Source: a virus
IMG/VR virus record: IMGVR_UViG_3300040786_000030
Span: 129,181 to 193,180 of that record
Length of the DNA stretch: 64,000 bases
Strand: one strand, 5' to 3'
The position numbers and the translations under genes were made by a program. Below the pieces are notes generated by a model. That model did not search any database and was not told the DNA's origin. It was given only the letters and a program-made list of their open reading frames with translations. Shown in pieces: positions 39,356 through 50,310 of this stretch (the first letter of the stretch is position 1; the number at the start of each line of letters is the position of its first letter).

Positions 39356-39820
39356 TTAAATTCCCCAATTGGGGAATTTTTTATTTAAAAAGTTAGAATA
39401 TTTAAATAAATAAATGTATCTTTGCTTTATGATAAATATGTTATAGATATGGGTATGTTTGATTTTTTAATAAATAGTAATAAAAAGCTAAGGTTGGTAT
39501 AGAATATATCTATCTATCAAATACAGCTTGGGTAGGTGGACTGAAAACCAGTCAAATATGGGTCAATTATGGTAGATGTTATTAAACTACCTAATGATTC
39601 TTTTGAGTTTACCGATAAATTGAGTGGAATTAGATATACAACTAATTATGGGTGGTCTTTAGCTGAAAACACACCAGAGAATATAATGAGTATTAATGAT
39701 TATTTAGTATCTAATGCTAAATTAGAAATATTAGAAAGAAGTACAAGATTATTACGTAAGAAAATAAATGACTTAAATGGTCCTAGTAAAATAAATAATA
39801 ACGATTTAAAATAGAAAAAT

Positions 39821-40332
39821 ATGAATAATAATAAATTTCCTAAATTACTCTTGGTTGGAAATATGAGACATGGGAAAGATTCAATGGCTGAAATACTAGG
39901 TGAAAATTTTGGTTTAAAATTTAAATCGTCATCACAAGCTGCTGCTGATATTTTATATATGATAAATTGAAGGTTAAGTATGGTTATAAAACATCTGAAG
40001 AATGTTTTGAAGACCGAGTAAACCATAGAAGTGAATGGTATGATATGATATGTGAATATAATTTAAATGATAAGGCTAAATTAGCTAAGGGTATTTTAGA
40101 AATCACTGATTGTTATGTTGGAATGAGGGATAGAAATGAAATAAGCGAGTGTATTAATCAAGGGTTATTTGATTTAATTGTTTGGGTCGATGCTAGTGAT
40201 AGATTACCGTTAGAGGATAGTTCATCGTTTAATATTGATAAAGCATGTGCTGATGTTATATTAGATAATAATGGTACTTATGAACAATTTGTTGAGCGTG
40301 TTATTAGGTTTGGTAAAGTTTTAATAAAATAA
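39821..40332 (+). CDS. P-loop dNMP kinase-like protein
   Basis: LVGNMRHGKDS P-loop; GMR..E; D.ILDNNG. Confidence 0.6.
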
Positions 40333-40900
40333 TTATGGCATATATAAGTAATGTTGAATACGAAAATATAAAAATGGTGCTATGGATGGTACCAAGGAAA
40401 ACCCAGTTATTGGGAGATTTGATAAAACTATAAATTAGCTCTATATTTAGGTTACAAATTAAAATGGGATTATGATTATAGTTATAATAATTCAATTAAT
40501 GGTTATTTTCATGTAATAGAACCAATGTTTAAAAAAATCATATAATAGGTTTGACTTTGAATACGTGTCTGATGATACAATTAATTATACTTGGGATTTC
40601 ATCATGGTAGAGGTTCTGCCTAAAATTAAAGAAGATGGTCTTTACGATGATACTATGAGTAAATCGTTAAATGATTTAGATTTAGTATCTCTATTTAATG
40701 CTATTATGGTAGTTATAAATAAAAAATATATTTAATATTTACTTGTATATTTAAAATATAGTTGTATATTTGCACAAGATAAATGAGGTGGTAACTTTTA
40801 CTAGGATAAAAATCGTTGAAGCTAATAAGACAATTAGGTTGGTAAACAATACGTTGGGAGCTAATAGTTGAGAAAATAAAGCGGTAATAAATAACCAAAT

Positions 40901-40972
40901 GGTCTATTGGTCGAGTGGTAAGATAGTAGTCTCTAAAACTAAAGATGGTGGGTTCGAGCCCCACATAGACTA
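40901..40972 (+). tRNA. Amber suppressor tRNA (anticodon CTA)
   Basis: ggtctat/atagact acceptor, D-loop GAGTGGTAA, tagt-ctCTAaa-acta (anticodon 40933-40935), GGTTCGAGCC T-arm. Confidence 0.85.
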
Positions 40973-40985
40973 CAAAAAATAAGAT

Positions 40986-41056
40986 TCCGTGTTGTGGGTA
41001 ACGGCAACTTAACCTCGAAAGCAGGGGTGATTCTGGTTCGAATCCAGAGCACGGTA
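40986..41056 (+). ncRNA. tRNA-like RNA with a GAAA-type loop in place of the anticodon
   Basis: ccgtgt/gcacgg acceptor, ttctg-GTTCGAATC-cagag T-arm, cctc-gaaa-gcagg hairpin. Confidence 0.55.
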
Positions 41057-41119
41057 CAAATTAACTTGACTTTTAATTAAATGTCATATATTTATTATTA
41101 ACAAACAAAACAATAAAAA

Positions 41120-41468
41120 ATGAAGTAGGTAAACGAAAAATTAAGGGTAGTTACAAGACGAGATTTAAATCTTGCACATCAAGCAGTTCAATCTGGACAT
41201 GCAGCTATTGATTTTCAACATGAACACTTAGTTGAAGCAAAACAATGGCAAACACAATCAAATTATTTAGCATTTTTAACGGTAAACGATGAACCAGAAT
41301 TAATTAAATTAATTTCTAAGGCAATACTAATTGGTATAAAGCACACTATTTTTTAGAGAACCAGATATAGGTAATCAAATAACAGCTGTAGCGTTTGAAC
41401 CAAGTGATTTATCTAGGAAATTAACTAGTTCATGTAGTTTATTAGGGAAGGAGTTATCCAATGCTTAA
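41120..41468 (+). CDS. Peptidyl-tRNA hydrolase Pth2-like, with in-frame TAG at codon 3
   Basis: ATG AAG TAG GTA then KLRVVTRRDL..AHQAVQSGHAA..FREPDIGNQITAVA (one extra T near 41350); missing from the ORF track. Confidence 0.8.
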
Positions 41469-41720
41469 TATATCAATACAAAAGAACTGATATTATTTTA
41501 CACTTTAATAAAATGCATTTACAAGATGCTAACATCCCAATGTGGGTAATTAAAGCTAAGGTCAGACATATTATGTAAATCATGTTGATATGGATTCTGG
41601 AATTGGTTTTCAACAAAAGAAACACCAGATAATCCATCAACAAAGGGTTCATTAAAATTTAAAGGTAAGTTAGATATAACTGATGAAAATAATACCGTAA
41701 ACGCAAGGATTTACGGTTAA
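41461..41720 (+). CDS. Hypothetical protein coupled to the Pth2-like gene (frameshifted)
   Basis: HFNKMHL.D..IPMWVIK.KG.TYYVNHV..TKETPDNP.TKGSLK. Confidence 0.55.
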
Positions 41721-41725
41721 AACAA

Positions 41726-41794
41726 GGCGAGGTAATCAAATGGTAGGTACAGTTTTGAAAGACTGGTATGTTGGTTCGAATCCAGCCCTCGCCT
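41726..41794 (+). tRNA. tRNA, anticodon uncertain (probably Phe GAA with a lost base)
   Basis: ggcgagg/cctcgcc acceptor; cagtt-ttgaaa-gactg 6-nt loop; canonical T-arm. Confidence 0.65.
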
Positions 41795-41830
41795 CTGATA
41801 ATAATAATAATAATTTAAAAAATAGAAACT

Positions 41831-41857
41831 ATGAAATAGATACGAAAACCACCTTAA
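41831..41857 (+). promoter_or_regulatory. Candidate leader minigene M-K-(amber)-I-R-K-P-P-stop
   Basis: ATG AAA TAG ATA CGA AAA CCA CCT TAA after an A-rich start context; about 70 nt upstream of a gene at about 41930. Confidence 0.5.
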
Positions 41858-41929
41858 GTTTTATTACTTTACATGACTCGGATATTCAGTTATCAATAAA
41901 ATAAAATTATAAAACTTAAAAAAAACAAA

Positions 41930-42299
41930 ATGAAAACACAAGAACAAAAAATGAAAGAAGCAAAAATTATCTTACTACGTCAGCACAACATTTATTTATC
42001 GTTAATGATAAATTTATTTTAAACTTATAGAATTTGAAGTAGATGGTAAATTACATTATGCTAAATTAATGGTTAACCCACAAAGTGTGACAATTACAAA
42101 TATTGTTACGACTTGGTATAAGCAGAGTTATAAACAAGATTTGTTTCCACAATATTTAAAAAAAAATCGATACCTCATTTTAAAAAAAATGAAAGAAATT
42201 ATAGAATTAGTTAAACGTGATATTAGTTTAACTGATAATAAAGTTTTAATTGAAAAGATTAAATTATTAGCCAACAAATTTGAAATTGTAAAACAATAA
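41930..42299 (+). CDS. Hypothetical protein (frameshifted)
   Basis: MKTQEQKMKEAK start joined to ORF 42069-42299; terminator after. Confidence 0.45.
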
Positions 42300-42364
42300 A
42301 ATAATAAATTAAAGGACCTTATGGTCCTTTTTTATTTATCTGTATAATTATAAATAAAAATAAG

Positions 42365-42830
42365 ATGAAAAATTTAATCAAATTTATATTATCATTGTTT
42401 AAGGTTAATAAAAAATTACCTACGAAAACTTATACAATTAAATCACGTAACCCTGATGTATTTGAGAGTAAGGTTTTAGCTTTAATAAATGAATATAGAA
42501 AACCTATTAATCTTCCTGAATTGAGATGAATAAAATTGTTTGTAATGTATGTTTTAAGAACAATGAGAGGATGATTTTAACGAATAACTTTTCGCATGAT
42601 GGTGCGGTAGAAAGATTTAATGAAGTCATGGCAATTTGTGACAGTTATTATGCTGCTGAAAATTTAGCAAAAAAATTATAATACAGCTGAATCGGTGGTA
42701 AATGCTTGGATAAAAAGTGATACACATAGGAAAAATTTAGAATGTGCTAAATGTAATAGTTTTGGTATATCAGTTACAAAGATAGTTCCAATATCAATTA
42801 TTATACAACAATGTTTACTATAATTGATTA
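42365..42830 (+). CDS. CAP/SCP domain protein
   Basis: LINEYR, FSH, AENLA, VVNAWIKSDTHRKNL. Confidence 0.75.
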
Positions 42831-42907
42831 AACCATTCGTTTACAATTATTAAATTTGAACTACATTAATTAAATGGGCCTATTATGGGCCTTTTTTATT
42901 TATATCG

Positions 42908-42917
42908 ATATTTATAA
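42908..42917 (+). promoter_or_regulatory. Representative phage late-type promoter ATATTTAT(A) (many copies)
   Basis: Found shortly upstream of structural/lysis/HNH genes (about 3790, 20553, 22168, 23920, 36540, 37203, 42909, 48764, 52791) and as TATAAATAT before minus-strand genes (about 11040, 26918, 33260, 57171). Confidence 0.65.
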
Positions 42918-42919
42918 TT

Positions 42920-44872
42920 ATGAAATTGTTAATTAAAAAATTACTTAGAGAAAACATACAGTTAGCTGATAAACTTTATTTTAATCAAAATAAATTATCA
43001 CCACAAGCTAGAGAGCTTATCCTTAGAATAACTAATGGTGACCCCTATACTAAACTAATAACTGATATGTACTATTATCAATTATTTAAAAGTCATAAAA
43101 TGGATAGTTCTGCTATGGCTGGTGCTGACCCAAATTATAAAGAAAGTGAAACTCCTGAATCTGATATTTTAGCTATGCAAGATATGAAAGATATTAAAGG
43201 TTTATATAATATATTAAAACATATAACAAAAATATTTTCCCAATAAAGAGTTTCAATATCAATGGTGTTGATGACATTGGTACTTTTATGCGCACATTGA
43301 AAAATAGAGAAAAGATAATACAAACTTTAAATAGTTTACCATCAATAGCTATTAGGAATATGAAAAATGATATTCGACAAGAAAGAGATTTTAGCGAAAC
43401 TAAAGATTATATGCAAGAACTAGACTATTTTCAAGGGTTATTTAGTCAATTGGGTAATAGAGATGTTGAATTAAGAAAAAATATTGAAAAGAAAATGTTT
43501 AGGTCTAATATTACGTTAGAAGATTTATTAGATTTTGCACAAGAAAAGGAAAACTTATTAGGTGGTGTAGAATTCACAAAGCAAAAGATAATCGAAATTG
43601 TTAAAGAAGAAAATAATGAATACGATGAACTTAAAATAAAATTTAATAAGGGTGATGTTATGGTGATAGAAGTATCTGGACCTAACGGAATAAAAAAAAT
43701 TGGATGTAATTCATTGTGGTGTTTTACATATGGTAGAAATGGGGCGATGAATTATAATGACTGGTATAATTATTCTACAAATGACTTAGTATATGTTATA
43801 ATTGATTTTAAAGAACCAACTGATTCGCCAGACTTTATGCACGTTCTAATTAAACCTTTAATGGTTGATTACTCGGTTGTTGGTAGTGATGGTGACGATG
43901 TTTTATTTAATATGGCAAATAGTGGTGAGGAAGAACCTAATTCCATAATTCAACATTATTTTGACTTTGATTTCGCTAAAGACTTATGAATTTTGGTGTC
44001 AAAACCAGAGAGAACCCCAAAACCTAAAAAAAATAGAACAGACCCAAATCAATTATCGATTGACTTTAACCAACCAGCTGAAATAAACGAATATGATGAT
44101 GAAGAAGATGACTACGAAGATGACGAAGATGAATATTATTATGGTGATGAAGAACAATATTTTAAACCTAAATTAGATGCTGATGTTAAAGCAAATAGTT
44201 CTAGATATGAAGGTAGAAACGTTGTTTGGTATGGTTCTATTGGTAATATGATTGTTTTAACTAGAGATGAAGTAGATGGTATGACTGGTAATATCTACGA
44301 TGAGGAAAAATTAGCTTATTTAACCAAACTAATACGTGATTACCCTGAAAAGGTTGAGTTAGAATGTTCTTACGCTCACGGTCATGTTATTAATCTTATA
44401 GATATTAAAGAAGAATTAGAATCATTTTATAATGATAGATTTGTTGTTGAATACGATGGGCATGAAGAACCCAACCGTACTGGTGATGAAGAACTTGATG
44501 AATATATTGGTAAAGACCTTGATAATAATTATTGGTATAATTTAGATTATGATAATGATAATATTGAACCATTTTTTTGAAAAATAGAACAAGTGTCGCT
44601 CAAGGTAAAAGTGTAGATGAATTAACATTAGAGTTTAAACAATTAAACCCAACAGAAAATGAAATCGATACCTTTAAAGAATTTATTAATATGGAGAACA
44701 AATTAAAAGATGCTCAAGCTAATGATGAGGGTGATTTTAATAAATTTAAAGTACAATTAGAGATGGTCACCATAGAGTATTCGCAGCCTTAATTCAGGTG
44801 AAAGATATGTTTGTGTTGATTTAGTTGATGATGGTATTAAAAAATATAAAGGGTATTATAATTTAGTTAAAT
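42920..44872 (+). CDS. Large hypothetical protein (frameshifted)
   Basis: IKKLLRE N-terminus, WCFT motif, acidic tract, C-terminal DGHHR ParB-like motif. Confidence 0.5.
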
Positions 44873-44873
44873 A

Positions 44874-46285
44874 ATGGAAAATTTTATAAAAAAATTACTA
44901 AGAGAGTCTTTGATTAATGAAGGTGTAAGTGATATTACATATCATTTTACTAACACCTATAAACTTGATGAGATTCTAAAACAAATAAGATTAATTTATC
45001 AGCAGCTTTTGGTTCACCTTCTGATAATGAGATAAATAAAAATAAATTATTTTTCTTATCTACTACTAGTTCAAGAAATTCTGATATTGGATACGCTGCC
45101 TCATTACCTAAAGATAATATGGTTAGAATAACCTTAAATGGAAGGTTATTAAACCAGAATAACAAATCTACTAGGGTTGACTATTGGCAAAGACCTAAAG
45201 ACCCTAGAAACAAGCTCTATAACCCAAATGATGTGCCTACAACTGGTAAAGACTTCTATAAAAAGTATCTAGACAAGATGAATTAGAAGATAGGTTTATT
45301 AGTGATAAAATGAGATTAAACCAGCTAATAAATATATAATATCTATTGAAATTTTAGTGATAATAATATGGGTAAGTTGAAATATTTAAGTGATAATCTA
45401 AACATACCATTTTCGTTTATGATAATATAAATTATTTTAATGGTTCAGTTAAGAATAAAGCTATTGAAGTTGCTTCTGATAGTATACCTAATGATGTTGA
45501 AAAACGTAGAGGTTATCTTGATACTAATATTATTGCATATTTAGTTTTAGAGATGATAAATTAAGAGCTAAAATATTTAATGATATACAAGCTTTGATAT
45601 TGATATTGATTGGGTTAAAAATAAGGTTGATGATAAATGATAAATTAAATTATTATTTACGAAATGGAAGTGAATTTTATATAAATGATTTTGCGAGCAG
45701 TATGAGTGCTGATGTACATAATATGAGGTCGAGTTCAAATGAATTTGATAGATACCTAATAAAAGAATTGGGTATGGATATGAAAAGGAATAATGTAAAC
45801 TCAATCAAGGGTTATTTAAATTATAAAGTTTGAAGGGTAAAAAACTCAAAATGATTATAATAAAGAGCTAAACCAAAAATTTATGAACTTTATTGAAGAT
45901 AATTTTAAAGAACAAATTAGCAACTATACAAATTACTCTTTTGATGCTGATGGTGTTGAATATGAAAATATTTTAGATTATAAACCAATTATGGATTTAT
46001 TTAATAACTTTTAATAAAACTAAAAAAATATGTTTCAGATTATATGTTAACTAATGATGATATGTATAGATTAAAATATGTTTTAGATAGCTCACATATT
46101 AAAGAAACTGTAAATATAAGCAAACCTGAAATCAATAGTATACTAGATAATATTGATTTTATGGTAGTAAATTTACTGCCGATGATGTTAAAGCTATATT
46201 ATATTATATTGTAAGTGATTTTAGTAATTATGCATATGATGAACTAGAACAAGCTAAAAAGAATTTAATGAACAATTCACATAAA
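44874..46285 (+). CDS. Large hypothetical protein (frameshifted)
   Basis: IKKLLRE N-terminus, YHFT, FLSTTS, ELEDR motifs. Confidence 0.45.
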
Positions 46286-46324
46286 ATATTTGTTTAATCA
46301 ATAATTTAGTAATATCTTTGTTGC

Positions 46325-47500
46325 ATGAAAAATAAGATAGAACAAATATTAGGTGAAGGATTAGTTATTGGTAAACGAATTAAATTTGATTTATCAATAC
46401 CTGAAGATATTAGTGAGTTAAACCATATCTTTAAAAGAAATGGTTTTGAACTATTTATTGTTGGTGGTGCTATACGTGATGCTTTATTAGGTAAATCACC
46501 AAAAGATTACGATTTAGCTACCAATGCTTTACCTGACAAGGTTGAAGAAATGATGAATACAAACAACATTAGAACTATAGCTACTGGTAAAGCATTTGGT
46601 GTTATTAATGTATTTACCAACCAAGGGGAATACGAAATAGCAACCTTTAGACATGATATTGGCTCTGATGGTAGAAGACCAGATAGTGTTAAATTTACTA
46701 ATATTGAAGGGATGTTAAAAGACGGACCTCACTATCAATGCACTTTTACGATATTGAGAAAGGTGAGATTGTTGACCTTGTTGGTGGTATTAATGATATT
46801 AAAATGGTGTTGTTAGAACGGTTGGTTTAGCTGAAGATAGATTTGGTGAAGATAGACTTCGTATTCTTAGAGCAATTAGATTTGCTGCTAGGTTTGGAAG
46901 TGAATTAGAGACAAAACTGATATAGCGTTACAAAAAAATGCAAATCTTGAAGGTATTTCCAGTGAACGTATTAGAGATGAATTCATCAAGGGTATTAAAT
47001 CGGCTAAATCAACATCAGCTTTTTTAATGTTGAATGATAAATACGAATTGTTTGATTGGATATTCCCAGACTTAAAATTGTCAAGAGTATGTTTAATAGA
47101 GGTGATGATTATATGTTTAATGATTACTTAGTTGTTTTAGCTAGGTTATTAAAAAACAATACCGTTGAAACTATTAGAGAAAAACTAAATATTTTAAGTT
47201 ATTCTACTACAGAAATTAAAGGTATTATATTCTTAGTTACGTTATTAAAATTAGATTCTGATAATGCGTATTCCTGAAAAATCCCATTTAAAATCTGGTA
47301 TTAGTAATAACCAAATTAGAGATTTTGGTTCAAGTGAAGGTATTCCATCTCAATTGCTAGATGCTTTTGAGGAATTTACATTAACAGTTTCTGGGTCAGA
47401 AATTATGTTTGATTTTAATTTAAAGCCTGGTAAAATGTGGGTGAATTGATGCAAAAAATAGAAACAGAAAACTTTAACAAAATATTAAAACCTTATCTAG
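46325..47500 (+). CDS. cca: CCA-adding tRNA nucleotidyltransferase / poly(A) polymerase family
   Basis: VGGAIRDALLG..PKDYDLAT, EIATFR, RRDLTINA, EDRLRILRAIRF, ERIRDE. Confidence 0.9.
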
Positions 47501-47557
47501 TAAACTCTAAATAAGGTTTATTTTAATTAGAAAATAGTTATAATTATAAAAAAACAA

Positions 47558-47908
47558 ATGGCAAAATACTTAGCAACATTTAGTGATGTAATCGATGAAA
47601 CCGAAATTAATGGTTTTACTATTATGTCTGATAAAGAAATCGAGAAATTAGAAGAACTAGCATCAAGTATCACTTGGGCAATCTATTACAAATTTGATAA
47701 TGGTAGTGAATTAGAATATTCTGATGGTGAAGATTTAATATCACGAATTGAGTTTAAATTACTATCAGCAAGTGATGTTGAAACAATTGGTAAATTATTT
47801 AATGATAGTTTTGGGGTTTTATTGGGATGGATTTTTATTAAGTATTATTAACGATGTTGATGATGAAGAAGATATCGAAGACGATGACGAAGACGATGAG
47901 TATTAATT
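47558..47908 (+). CDS. Acidic hypothetical protein
   Basis: ORF 47558-47851 with acidic tail after an indel. Confidence 0.5.
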
Positions 47909-48329
47909 TCTTTAAACAACCGACTGGTAATACTTGGTCCAACATGTTTAAAAATGGCGCAATCAACTATACTAGGTTTAACGGATTCTAACTTTCCAAC
48001 TATAGATGAAATTGCTATAATTTGTGGTACTGACTGGTTTGTAGGTACACCACCAGATAGAATGAAAAGGTATGGAAGCATTAAAAATGGTGTATACTGA
48101 ACATATTGGCTCTAGATACCCATTTTATTATTAAATAGTGTTATAAATGATGGTAATATAGCTATTATTAGAACAATAAGCACTGGTGTTCCACATTGAT
48201 AATCCCAGTTAGTTATGTAGATAATATTTATAATATTAATGACCCATGGTTAGGTAGAATACAATACAGTATAGAGGAATTAAAAGTAATTTGGGGTATA
48301 AGAGATTATCAATTTTTGAAATTAAAACA

Positions 48330-48760
48330 ATGGAGATAAAATAGGGGTTCCAATAGAAAAAAGAGTTGAATTTGCTAACTGGGCATACCCTCATTTTAAA
48401 CATGTTATTGGTAAAACAATCTTTGATTTAGTAATTAATGATAGCGTAGATTTTCGAAAATCAGCATATATTATACAAGATGATACACTTTTAGGTCTTT
48501 ATCTATTAGGCCCTACCCAAATCTATAACCCAATCTTTAGTAAATTATTAGGGATTGAAGGTGTGTTATTAGCTGTAGATGAGTCGATTAGAGGTATGGG
48601 TTGGGGTAATAAATTAAAGATTACCCAAAACACTTAACGTTGATTATATTTGGGGTTACCAAGCTGCTGGGTTAAATAATATAGAATATTGGTTAAAACG
48701 TAGGGTTTTAGTTAATAAAGAAAATAATTGTTACGTTACTTGTGAGATTTTGCTGATGAC
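48330..48760 (+). CDS. GNAT-family acetyltransferase
   Basis: LAVDESIRGMGWG acetyl-CoA binding motif. Confidence 0.6.
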
Positions 48761-49424
48761 GTGATATTTATTAATAAAAACTAATGAGAAGATTTGATAA
48801 ACAAAAAAATATCGCTGCTGCTAATTTATTATCAGAGCAAAGACACTTAACAGATAGAGACTCTGTAACTGAAGATTGGAAAACAAATGTAGCTGCTGGT
48901 TTAGCAACTATTGGTGGTGTGGCTGGAGCTAACGCTCAAACAAATAAACCAATGGCACCACAACAAGGTAAAGAGATTCAATATTCACCAAGTGAAAACC
49001 CACTTCAAATATGGCTAACCCATATGGTACAAAGGATGATTCAACTATTCACCCAAGAACAATACCAATCGTTGGTATACAATCAGGTGTGACTGATGGT
49101 AAGAGTGGACAATCAGCTGTTTATGTTTATCATAATCATTTACCAAGTGACCCTAATTTTAATGTTAAAAGAGATAGGAAACAGTTTATACTAAAATTTA
49201 TCTGACTTATATAAAACACAAGAATATCAAGAATATAAAAGAAGTCTTAATAAATAGTAGTAATCTAATAATCAAGTAATTACAAAATAAAATAAAAATA
49301 ATTGTAAAAGACTTGCTTTATCTAAATAACCTTAGTATATTTGCATAAGAATTAAAACAAACAAAATAGTCTTTTATAAAAGACATATATTTATAACAAA
49401 TGGAGAAATCAAAAATAAAAAAAA

Positions 49425-49580
49425 ATGAACACAATTAACATACATATGATATCGATTAGCAATTGGAGACGTAATAGTCATCTAATGTCGGGTATGTTAA
49501 ATACTGGTGGTACTGAAGTATAAATTTTAGAACACTTATAACAATATAACCCGACTAGAGAAATCTAAGTCGGGTTTTTA
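49425..49580 (+). promoter_or_regulatory. Leader peptide plus terminator/antiterminator (attenuator) upstream of the tRNA array
   Basis: 32-aa leader 49425-49523 (..ISNWRRNSH..); terminator aacccgact/agtcgggtt + T run; gtcgggt at 49487-49493 can pair with its 5' arm. Confidence 0.65.
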
Positions 49581-49763
49581 ATTTAATTAAGTTATGGAAC
49601 ATGTAAGAAGATTAGGTAGAGAGAAAACTATAAATTTTAAAAAAGATTTTTATTTAATAGTTGATAAGTACAGACTGATTGCAAATGCAAGTGGTTATAA
49701 TGGAGAATTAAGATTTCAAAAGAAGGTGGATTTACAGCTATTTTCGTTGAAATTAAAAATAAT

Positions 49764-49846
49764 GGAGAGGCAAGCCAATAGGTGGTTGCCACAGTTTTGA
49801 AAACTGTTCGGAGACAATGGCTCGTGGGTTCGACTCCCATCCTCCG
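49764..49846 (+). tRNA. tRNA-Ser(TGA)
   Basis: acagt-ttTGAaa-actgt, long variable arm. Confidence 0.8.
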
Positions 49847-49853
49847 CAAACAT

Positions 49854-49930
49854 GGTGATTGTAGCTCAGTTGGTTAGAGCGTTGGACTGTGAATCCAAAG
49901 GTCATGGGTTCGAACCCCATTTTTCACCCA
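49854..49930 (+). tRNA. tRNA-His(GTG)
   Basis: ttgga-ctGTGaa-tccaa; G-1. Confidence 0.88.
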
Positions 49931-49966
49931 AAAGTTGTTCGTTGACATATCGGTAAATATAAATAC

Positions 49967-50037
49967 ACGTCTATAGTGCAATGGTAGAATACGGGTCTCC
50001 AAAACCCTAGATGTAGGTTCGAGTCCTACTAGACGTG
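49967..50037 (+). tRNA. tRNA-Trp(CCA)
   Basis: gggt-ctCCAaa-accc. Confidence 0.9.
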
Positions 50038-50047
50038 CAAAATAAAA

Positions 50048-50119
50048 GATTTGGTAACTCAGAGGCAGAGTGGCTGTTTGTTAGGCAGCGGGTCGAGATT
50101 TCGAAATTCTCCCAAATCG
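50048..50119 (+). tRNA. tRNA-Asn(GTT), atypical T-arm
   Basis: gctgt-ttGTTag-gcagc; gagat-TTCGAAA-ttctc. Confidence 0.75.
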
Positions 50120-50126
50120 CAAAAAT

Positions 50127-50200
50127 TCTTCAATAGCTCAGTTGGTTAGAGCAACGCACTGTTAATGCGTGGGTCCTAGGTTCGAGTCCTAGTTGGAGAG
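50127..50200 (+). tRNA. tRNA-Asn(GTT)
   Basis: acgca-ctGTTaa-tgcgt; canonical D and T arms. Confidence 0.92.
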
Positions 50201-50310
50201 CAAAATAAGTGAAAATAAATTAGGTATATATGTAAAAGTTATATCTTTGCAAAGCAAACTGAGCGTGGTGCTCGTATATTATCCATGTCTAGAAATGGTA
50301 CACCACTAAT

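Noticed and set aside
40783-40794. Minigene ATG AGG TGG TAA upstream of the suppressor tRNA
   Set aside because: Too short, very close to the presumed transcription start, and with no supporting structure or second copy.
40713-40964. Minus-strand ORFs over tRNAs (also 49637-49849) and ORF 36393-36782 starting inside the tmRNA
   Set aside because: These are shadow translations of RNA genes or frameshift products, not real proteins.
41345-41360. Second in-frame TAG (TTT TAG) inside the Pth2-like gene
   Set aside because: The conserved FREPD motif needs one fewer T in the T run, and reading through gives a stop soon after. Most simply an insertion error, although a second shift site cannot be excluded without clean reads.
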